Positions 56,700 through 64,000 of a stretch of 64,000 bases of DNA are shown here, piece by piece. The notes under the pieces were generated by a model, which was not told where the DNA came from, ran no database searches, and was given only the letters and a program-made list of their open reading frames with translations. Each line of letters begins with the position of its first letter. Positions within the stretch are counted from its first letter, which is position 1. The stretch covers positions 25,352 to 89,351 of the forward strand of contig CAZUBQ010000002.1 in NCBI GenBank assembly GCA_964618995.1. Reading direction: 5' to 3'. This stretch comes from an uncultured Candidatus Poseidoniales archaeon. Lineage in GTDB: Archaea; Thermoplasmatota; Poseidoniia; Poseidoniales; Thalassarchaeaceae. The position numbers and the translations under genes are program-made.

Positions 56700-58721
56700 C
56701 TAACCGCCGGGTTCCTTGTTGTCCGATGTCTGCTCGAGTTCCGCGTCATGCGGGGCGTCATCTCCACCCATCGGCCATAGGCCGGCCTCCTGCCAACCAC
56801 CGTGCTTCTGCCTCGCGTTGGCGACCATCAGCCCGGTGATCACCACTCCGATGAGCAACAGCAGCACCAGCGCTGCGAGGAAGAACACCAGACCGGAAAG
56901 CCCACCCGCGTCATCGGTGACAGAGATTGGTTGTTCACCCATCACATGGAGGTGAACCACAGCGTTGGTCGAGGAGTTGTCGTCCTTGATAGCGCGCAGC
57001 ATGATCGTCTGGTTTCCCGTCAGGTTGTTACCCGGCAGGTAGCGCAGCCGGTCGAGCAGCATCTCATGAGTCACTTCAACCGAGGTCTCTCCCGGTTCGT
57101 AATGCGGGTGGTCGGACCAGTAGTCGCGCATGTCCCATGTGCGCCACTGGATCTTCATCGGACCACCCAGAAGTGAGAAGACGACGCCTCCACCCGGGCC
57201 GATGTGCACCTTGTTGTCTCCTCCTATCTCGCTCACCAGTGATACGTTCATCGCCAGCGTCAGGCCGTAGACCTCGTTGGCCGCCTCCATCACCGCGGGA
57301 ACCGCCTCCACCTGCCCATGGCCGTAGACGTTGTTCTGCCGATTCTTGGGGATGAGATCCTCTACACAAGGCTCGTTGGCGGCCATATAGATGCACAAGC
57401 GATAGGTCGATGTCTCCTGCATGATGTTGCGCACATCGAACGGAGAAAGGTCGGGATTCGCCTGGTACATCAGCGCCGCCACTCCGGCGGCTCCAGGGGT
57501 CGCCATGCTCGTGCCGGACATCGCGGTGTAGCCGGTTCCGGTGTTGGCCTCGACCGACATCACGCTGCTGCCGACGAAGGCGATATTCGGCTTGATGCGC
57601 CCCTCCTCGGTCGGCCCTTGACTGGAATAGATTGCGATGGCGGTGTCCTTGTCGAGCGCCCCTACGGTGACGACATCCTCCGCACTCCCTGGTGTGCCAA
57701 TCTGGAATGAGACGGCGGAGTTGCCCGCGGCGATGAACAGCGAGATGCCGTTGCGCACCATCTCGTTGGCCATCCTGTTGACGCTGTCCTCCTCGGATGC
57801 GGTGAACTCTGACAGGCCCGGACCGCCGAGGCTCATGCTCGCCGCCCGGATGTTGAACTCATGCCGGTAGTCAACCGTCCACTGCATCCCACCCATGACC
57901 TGAGCAAAAGAACCCGACCCGCTCCCGCTGAGAACCTTCACCCCCACTAACTGCGCCTGTGGTGCCACCCCGATGTGCTCGTAGGTGGGTGCACCCGTGC
58001 CTGTGGTGATGCCCGCACAATGGCTCCCGTGTCCATGGTCGTCATATGGCTCGACATCGCTGCCGTTGACCTTGTCAGGGTTGTTGATGGCGTCGTAGAA
58101 GGCGATGACCTTCGGGTCGTATGTGCTGTTGTCATCATCCAGATCATCGATTCCCGAGTGATTGCCATCGATGCCGGTGTCGATGATAGCGACTACTGAG
58201 CCCGCGCCCGTGTAGCCGGTGTCCTCCCAGACTGTGGTGACGCCGTGCACCTCATTGACATCCTCCATGGCGATGGTGAGGATGCCATCCAGTTCCACCA
58301 TGACGACTCCCGGCAGGTTGGCCAAGGTACCCAGCCTGCTCACCTCGACGGGGCCGGCGAGAGCATCGATGAGCGGGAAGCGCCATTCAGTTTCGAAATT
58401 GACGTGGTCGGCGAGCATCTTCTCGTCTGCGGCGCTCGGTTGATGGTCGAAATCAACGATGACCCCGATACGCCCCTCGTCATCCACCCAGTCGTGCAAT
58501 TCGCTGGCAATCGCTATCGGAATCGCATCGGAGATGCCGTCACGGTCGCGATCCATGTTCGTAGTCTCCCACCACGGCTCCTCTTCGACGTCCGTGGGCA
58601 GTGGTGCCACTTCTGGCGTGACCGCCGCACCTAGGCTGGGCAGGAACAGGAGAGCGAACACCGCAAGGCTCGCCCACAGCATGCGGATGCGGCGCGATAC
58701 GTCACTACGACCGTCAATCAT
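56700..58721 (-). CDS. Secreted S8 serine peptidase (AprX-like) with propeptide and C-terminal TM
   Basis: IIDTG, HGSHCAG, AAGN, SSQGPT..GRIKP, SGTSMATP; C-terminal TM. Confidence 0.93.
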   Translation of the reverse strand: MIDGRSDVSRRIRMLWASLAVFALLFLPSLGAAVTPEVAPLPTDVEEEPWWETTNMDRDRDGISDAIPIAIASELHDWVDDEGRIGVIVDFDHQPSAADEKMLADHVNFETEWRFPLIDALAGPVEVSRLGTLANLPGVVMVELDGILTIAMEDVNEVHGVTTVWEDTGYTGAGSVVAIIDTGIDGNHSGIDDLDDDNSTYDPKVIAFYDAINNPDKVNGSDVEPYDDHGHGSHCAGITTGTGAPTYEHIGVAPQAQLVGVKVLSGSGSGSFAQVMGGMQWTVDYRHEFNIRAASMSLGGPGLSEFTASEEDSVNRMANEMVRNGISLFIAAGNSAVSFQIGTPGSAEDVVTVGALDKDTAIAIYSSQGPTEEGRIKPNIAFVGSSVMSVEANTGTGYTAMSGTSMATPGAAGVAALMYQANPDLSPFDVRNIMQETSTYRLCIYMAANEPCVEDLIPKNRQNNVYGHGQVEAVPAVMEAANEVYGLTLAMNVSLVSEIGGDNKVHIGPGGGVVFSLLGGPMKIQWRTWDMRDYWSDHPHYEPGETSVEVTHEMLLDRLRYLPGNNLTGNQTIMLRAIKDDNSSTNAVVHLHVMGEQPISVTDDAGGLSGLVFFLAALVLLLLIGVVITGLMVANARQKHGGWQEAGLWPMGGDDAPHDAELEQTSDNKEPGG

Positions 58722-58810
58722 CTCGCTCGGTACATTGTGGCCGTAGACACGCCTTCAACCTGACCCTTCTCGGCGGCATACTGAAAATCCGGCCTCTGGT
58801 GTATGTCAGC

Positions 58811-59869
58811 ATGCGCCCGCGGACGCGAACGGCTCCGTCGTCGATGGAAACCGGTTCAGCAGTGCTCGCGCTGCTGCTGGCCCTGCTGCTGTTCCCACTG
58901 CCCACGGCCAGCGCTGCCTCCTTCCGACTGGACGAGCCAATCTACCATAGCGGTGACGAGTTCGTCTATGAAGGGTACACAGTAGAACTGCTCAACCGTC
59001 TGCGAACCACCTGGGAGAGCGACGGCGACCTGCTGAGCGTAGAGGTAACGGCCTCGGAGGAGTTGACCGTGAGTCATCTCGGTAGCGAGGGCTGCAGCAT
59101 CCTAGGCTGGTCGGGTGACTGCGACCGAGCCCGGATCAGCCACTCTGTGAACGTCACCATCACTTGGGTGGAGAACACTACCGCGTTCACCAATGACACG
59201 CTGAACATGTCCATCGTGCATACTGCTGACCACTGGAAGGCGCGCGGTACCCATCGTTACGAGAAACTCGCTGCCGTGACCAACACCGAGACCTATTTCT
59301 CGGGCGGCGGTGAGGACAATGTCCTCGAACACGAACTTCGCAAGACAACCCAAACGGAGCGAGTGGGAGACTGGCCAGATGTCGTCGAGGTGCGAAGTTC
59401 GTGGGACGTGGAGATGTCCGAGACATCGAACGTGACTGAGCGCACACGGGAGAACAAAGGTCCGTGGTCGGAAAGTTGGCGGGACGAGATGAACACGCAG
59501 CAGGTGGCCTATCGAGCACTCAACCTGACGACGGTGCACTACGGAGTGGCCAACGAGAAGTCGCATGACACCATCATCATCCGCCGCGACCATCTGGGTG
59601 ACAACCTCACCTTCCACGACCACTTCAGGGAGGAGGGGTTCCTCGCTCGCACTGAGATGTACGATGGGGAGACCCTGCTGCTCTCCACTACATTGGTGGA
59701 GTACAGTTACTACGAAACAGAGCCGCATTCGCTGACCAGCAGCTCCAATTGGATGTTGCCGACGATTTTCGTCGGGCTTGTCGTTCTGGCGATTATCGCC
59801 GCCGGTGCTGCCTTAGCTGTCGTCAGTAGCGCACCGCGGGCTCGAAATCCTGAACAAGATGAGCCATGA
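58811..59869 (+). CDS. Secreted beta-rich protein with C-terminal TM
   Basis: Signal peptide (LLLALLLFPLPTASA); PIYHSGDEFVY; TM near the C-terminus; start 58811 or 58844. Confidence 0.72.
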   Translation: MRPRTRTAPSSMETGSAVLALLLALLLFPLPTASAASFRLDEPIYHSGDEFVYEGYTVELLNRLRTTWESDGDLLSVEVTASEELTVSHLGSEGCSILGWSGDCDRARISHSVNVTITWVENTTAFTNDTLNMSIVHTADHWKARGTHRYEKLAAVTNTETYFSGGGEDNVLEHELRKTTQTERVGDWPDVVEVRSSWDVEMSETSNVTERTRENKGPWSESWRDEMNTQQVAYRALNLTTVHYGVANEKSHDTIIIRRDHLGDNLTFHDHFREEGFLARTEMYDGETLLLSTTLVEYSYYETEPHSLTSSSNWMLPTIFVGLVVLAIIAAGAALAVVSSAPRARNPEQDEP

Positions 59870-61184
59870 CCTCGCTCGCCTCGGCGGCCAGCGAAAGTGC
59901 CCGAATCCTGAGCAAGCCGCCGATGGCACTCCCCTCGAGAGTCAGCGTGTCCACGCCGACGACCTGGCTGGACAGCATGATCGCCACGACACCGTGCGTC
60001 CCCCAATCGTACTCTGTCGGCGTGTCGTCCATGGAGTTGCCAATGGGCAGCATCAGGCGCGCCGTGCCGTTGGACACGGTCGACCAAGCAAGCGTCGTAC
60101 TTCCGTGATATACGATTCCAGACGCATTCGTCACCGGCTGCCCCGCCGAATCATTGACCCAGATGGTCAGGTTGACTTCAGCGTTCAATGGCGACCAGTC
60201 GGGTTGTACCGAGACCTCGATGACCTCGGCTGGTGAAGCAGGAGAGTATCCGCTCAGAACTAGTGTCGCGTTCACTCCGCCAAGTGCGATGTCGTCTGTC
60301 CAGCGATGCGTGTACTGGCGTACGGCAGGACACCACCAGCGCCATTCCTCAGGCTCTCCAGTTCCGTCGTGCATCCACACCTCAGTGCTGTTCTCACACC
60401 CGGGCCACGGGGAATCGACCTGCCTCGCCACGGAGAAGTCCCACTCCTCGTTGCTGTGCTCAGGCCCATCCGGAACCTCAATCAATCCACTCTCCCCGCC
60501 CGAGTAGTTGCTGGAGTGGTTAATCTCCTCGTACCAGGTGTCGTTGAGTGCTAGTGGGAAATCATAGAACTCCCTAGGCGGATCAAATACCGAATCCTCA
60601 GTGAAGTCGGTGATCTCGATATCAGGGCCTTCGATAATCACCTGCGGAGTGAAGGTGAATGCCAACCGCTTGGAGTAGCCGGTCATTGCCAAATCACCGA
60701 CGCGATACCATTCAGTCAGTTCGAACACCACATTGAGCGTGCCATCCACATCGCCGATGACCGGAGCGGGAAAGTCGCGCCCCTGGCCGACGAAGTTGCC
60801 ACTGGTGAAGGTCTGGTAGACCGGAGTCAGCACTCCGTCCACCTCCTGCTCCTGAATCGCCTGCACGGTCATCACGCCGGTACCGTACAGGAAGTCAAGT
60901 TCCGCACCCTCGAGTTCGGCGGTCTCCTCGACCATCTCGATCGCATCGAGTACGACATCGAAGGTCCACTGGTCTCCGACATTCCATACCGGTATATGCG
61001 CAGTCCAGTTCCACTGCACACTCTCGTTATCGGTCGTGTTATCCTGTGTAGCATTCCCCTCATCTTCGGTGCTGAAGGAGAACTCACTCATTGAGTGATT
61101 CACATGTGAACCGAGGGGGGAGGTGAACGAGGTGACCAATAGCAGGAGAAGCGCACAGGAAACTACCTGCCGTACACCACCCAT
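59823..61184 (-). CDS. Secreted beta-rich protein with C-terminal Ig-like domain
   Basis: Signal peptide after ATG 61184; PVWNVGDQWTF; DFPL..NDTW. The longer predicted N-terminus overlaps the divergent gene and is rejected. Confidence 0.72.
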   Translation of the reverse strand: MGGVRQVVSCALLLLLVTSFTSPLGSHVNHSMSEFSFSTEDEGNATQDNTTDNESVQWNWTAHIPVWNVGDQWTFDVVLDAIEMVEETAELEGAELDFLYGTGVMTVQAIQEQEVDGVLTPVYQTFTSGNFVGQGRDFPAPVIGDVDGTLNVVFELTEWYRVGDLAMTGYSKRLAFTFTPQVIIEGPDIEITDFTEDSVFDPPREFYDFPLALNDTWYEEINHSSNYSGGESGLIEVPDGPEHSNEEWDFSVARQVDSPWPGCENSTEVWMHDGTGEPEEWRWWCPAVRQYTHRWTDDIALGGVNATLVLSGYSPASPAEVIEVSVQPDWSPLNAEVNLTIWVNDSAGQPVTNASGIVYHGSTTLAWSTVSNGTARLMLPIGNSMDDTPTEYDWGTHGVVAIMLSSQVVGVDTLTLEGSAIGGLLRIRALSLAAEASEVMAHLVQDFEPAVRY

Positions 61185-61282
61185 GGCATGCCGAGGAGGA
61201 GGTTCGCACATGAAGCGAGCGCCGTCTTGAAGCACAAATGGTCCTCCCTGACGTTTAAGCCACCATTCGTCATAGCGCAGCC

Positions 61283-62866
61283 ATGAGCAAACTGTGGGCG
61301 ATGTTCTTCCTGAGCATCCTGCTTGTGAGTGTGATGAACTTCTACGCAGAGGTTCGAGAACCCGACCGTGTGGACATAGCCGAAATCCACGAGCACATAC
61401 GTGAGTCGGTGAAAGTGCAGGGAGTGCTGACATCGTACGTACGCGATCCGTACTCCGATGGGTCAGACCGAATCGACCTACTGCTCGAGGATGAGTACAA
61501 CGTCGTGGAGATTCGCTGGACCGAGACCGGCATGCGCCAATCTGGCCGTGATGATGGACTTCCGGTGACCCTGCCGCCAATCGGAACAGTGGTCGAGGGA
61601 GTGGGGGAAGTCGTCGAATGGAACGGTAAGATATGGATTCAATCGCAGGGCGCGGGTGCCATCACCTACGATGCCAGTTGGGTGCCCGATGTTCACGTGC
61701 TCGACCTGACAGCACTTTCGCACAGTCCGAGTAATTACGCAGGCGACCTGATCACGCTCACTGGCTACGCCGGCGGAGTCATCGAAGCGAACATCACCCG
61801 TCAGACCTTCTCGCTGATGGATTCGCCCTCGTACAGCAACGCTGACCACATCGTGTCCGTATCGATGGAAGGGCGACTCACCCAGGCGCTCGAATCAGGC
61901 AGCAAGATCACAATTACCGGATGGCTGCGCTGGGACGAACGCTCGTTCCGCTGGCAATTGCAGACCCACGCCACGCAGATCGAAGTTCTGTGGGCGGCGG
62001 GAGCGAAGCGACTCTCATGGAGCTCGGACGCAGTCTATTGGTCGTACGATGTGGGTGCGTTGGTCACTCTGGAAGGGACGAGTTCCAATCAATCGGACGG
62101 TTGGTGGATTATGGGTCCGGGAGACGCGGGCGTGAATCGACTCTGCCTGCTGCCCTCACCTACTGACCAAGACGGTATCACACAGGACTGGACCGGCCGG
62201 CTGGTGTGGGAGGAACAGAAGGTGCAACTATGCCTCGACCACGGTTACGATGCTGAGTTCACCAACCCGACAGGAGAAATCGGCGAGGGTATGGTACCTC
62301 TGGGAGATGTGGTGCGCGACCCGAATGCGTATCGCAACCAGACGCTGAACTTCGAAGGTTGGAGCACCGACCCCATCTCTCCTGACTACAACAAGGGCTA
62401 CTTCGCCGACGGGCCTGACTACTTCACCCGCTCCACGCGCGTGCGCATGGTTCTCGAGGGTGCCCGGGCTGAATGGCTGGAAGCCGACACCATGGTGCGC
62501 ATCAACGCAACAGTCGTTTGGGATACTGCAGACGCACGTCTCATCCTACAGGTACACGCAATCACGGTCGTTGGGCCAACTCCCAACCCAATCACACTCT
62601 CCTGGACCGAGGGTTTCGATGACTGGCAATGGGACATCAACAAGCGGGTCAAAATCAGCGGTATCGCAACCAACGGTTCCAACGGAACGTTGTGGATTGC
62701 TCGCGAGGGGAGCGCCATCGGTGAACGACTCTGCCTGCTCGGTGACGGAACCGAACTTACTGCGCAGACCGCGGCAGGCTCGCAACCGCTTGACTGGGTA
62801 GGCCGGTTGACCACCGAAGAGAACGTGGCCGACCGAGAAGTGAAACTCTGTCTGGACCGTCGTTGA
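61283..62866 (+). CDS. N-terminally anchored protein with about five OB-fold-like domains
   Basis: N-terminal TM; repeated V/I.V/L.G strands and G..V...G.V..W.G pattern; ~190-aa tandem duplication. Confidence 0.72.
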   Translation: MSKLWAMFFLSILLVSVMNFYAEVREPDRVDIAEIHEHIRESVKVQGVLTSYVRDPYSDGSDRIDLLLEDEYNVVEIRWTETGMRQSGRDDGLPVTLPPIGTVVEGVGEVVEWNGKIWIQSQGAGAITYDASWVPDVHVLDLTALSHSPSNYAGDLITLTGYAGGVIEANITRQTFSLMDSPSYSNADHIVSVSMEGRLTQALESGSKITITGWLRWDERSFRWQLQTHATQIEVLWAAGAKRLSWSSDAVYWSYDVGALVTLEGTSSNQSDGWWIMGPGDAGVNRLCLLPSPTDQDGITQDWTGRLVWEEQKVQLCLDHGYDAEFTNPTGEIGEGMVPLGDVVRDPNAYRNQTLNFEGWSTDPISPDYNKGYFADGPDYFTRSTRVRMVLEGARAEWLEADTMVRINATVVWDTADARLILQVHAITVVGPTPNPITLSWTEGFDDWQWDINKRVKISGIATNGSNGTLWIAREGSAIGERLCLLGDGTELTAQTAAGSQPLDWVGRLTTEENVADREVKLCLDRR

Positions 62867-62903
62867 GACCTGATGGCGTTTGGAGAACTTGTGAGGTGAA
62901 ACA

Positions 62904-64000
62904 ATGGAGGTGTGGCTGGCGGAATACCTCTGGTTGATGGGGGCGTTCTTCATCGGCGTCTTCCTCGGATGCATGACCGGCCTAATCCCCGGGTTCCACG
63001 TCAACAATGTAGCCCTCATTGCGCTCAGCATGTCGCCGCTGGCGGTGGGAATCGGAATCCCTCTGTCTGCGGTGGCAGCGATTATTGTGGCGATGGGCTG
63101 TGTGCACACCTTCCTCAACTACATTCCTAGCGCACTGGTTGGTGCCCCCGACGGTGACACCGCGCTCGCGCTGCTCCCGGGGCACCGCATGCTGCTCGCT
63201 GGTCACGCCACGCAGGGTGTCTGCTACTCGGCGCGCGGCTCGCAACTCGGAATGATACTCGCGGTATGTCTGCTGGGGTTCGCCCGCTTACTATTCGGCG
63301 TGGACCCCGGGCTCGGCCTGTACGCCGAGAGTCGGGAGCTCCTCCCGTGGCTGCTGCTGGGGATCTCGTCCTTCCTGATTCTCACGGAGACGACCAGACT
63401 GCCCTGGCCGATATGGATGCGCGCCATGAGCAAGTCGTGGAAATTCGAATTGGCGGGCCGGACAATCAATCTGAGTTTCGGTGAGGATTCAAGAGTCGCC
63501 GGCATACTGGCGGCCACTGGTTTCTTCCTTCTGTCCGGGTTCTACGGCTGGGCTGTATTCGAACTGCCAGGCCGCTCACCAGTTGGAATGCCGAACGCCA
63601 CCATGCTGATGCCTGGGCTTGCGGGCCTATTCGGTATCGCCAACCTGATTGACATCTACGTCACCACCTCCGAGATGCCTCCTCAGGAGGATGACTGGGA
63701 GATGCCCGCGATCAAACCACTGCTCATACCATGCTTCCTCTCATCGATCTGCGCTTCTGTGATGGCCATCCTTCCCGGGATGACCGCCGCTCAGGCGACT
63801 GTTGTAGTGATGAGCGCACGCAACTTCGTTGGTAAATGGAGGGATCCTGACTACATTCCCGCCGACTTCGAATACGGCCCTGGGCAGCAGGCGCACCCGG
63901 CGATGCTGGCGATGGCGGCTCGTCAAGAGGCTGAACAGGAGGCTGCAGGAGGCCCCCCGCCACTAGACCCATCTTCACCACCAGATGACTCCTTCTCCGC
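62904..64000 (+). CDS. tctA: Tripartite tricarboxylate transporter TctA-family (archaeal DUF112-type) permease, 3'-truncated; missing from the ORF track
   Basis: Read by hand: MEVWLAEY...GCMTGLIPGFHVNN...HTFLNYIPSALVGAPD....LLPGHRMLLAG...P.LAGLFG...LPGMT; GAGGTGA SD. Confidence 0.88.
   Translation, partial: MEVWLAEYLWLMGAFFIGVFLGCMTGLIPGFHVNNVALIALSMSPLAVGIGIPLSAVAAIIVAMGCVHTFLNYIPSALVGAPDGDTALALLPGHRMLLAGHATQGVCYSARGSQLGMILAVCLLGFARLLFGVDPGLGLYAESRELLPWLLLGISSFLILTETTRLPWPIWMRAMSKSWKFELAGRTINLSFGEDSRVAGILAATGFFLLSGFYGWAVFELPGRSPVGMPNATMLMPGLAGLFGIANLIDIYVTTSEMPPQEDDWEMPAIKPLLIPCFLSSICASVMAILPGMTAAQATVVVMSARNFVGKWRDPDYIPADFEYGPGQQAHPAMLAMAARQEAEQEAAGGPPPLDPSSPPDDSFS

Noticed and set aside
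61185..61580. N-terminal extension of the 585-aa ORF
   Set aside because: Overlaps the divergent OB-fold gene; the signal peptide begins at 61184

Overview
Gene-dense, GC-rich archaeal chromosomal segment. Gene content and style point to Marine Group II Euryarchaeota (Ca. Poseidoniales; inference): archaeal uS15, ArcS, CarS, AglB, tRNA-Ile2(CAT), choice-of-anchor-T-like proteins and many giant acidic membrane-anchored secreted proteins. Housekeeping genes (rps15, arcS, dnaJ, purD, carS, an HD dNTPase, a YycJ-like MBL hydrolase, a UPF0201 protein) are mixed with a large cell-surface block. That block holds four 1.5-3.2k-aa proteins, three pilin-like genes, two subtilases and a GT2. I found no mobile element, CRISPR array or rRNA. 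Most notable: (1) a 25%-GC island at 35.70-35.82 kb with four phased TGTATCAAT direct repeats, upstream of a probable operon encoding a giant beta-helix surface protein and a wHTH-STAND-TPR regulator; (2) a ~3,245-aa AglB with a large extra N-terminal membrane domain and a ~1,800-aa C-terminal stalk; (3) an exported five-OB-fold protein next to an orphan TctA-family permease; (4) a pyroglutamyl-peptidase/Nudix fusion; (5) an EF-hand in the inferred cytoplasmic tail of a giant surface protein; (6) a recurrent TTGA(A/T) TATA-like element. All family assignments come from motif recognition by eye, not database searches.
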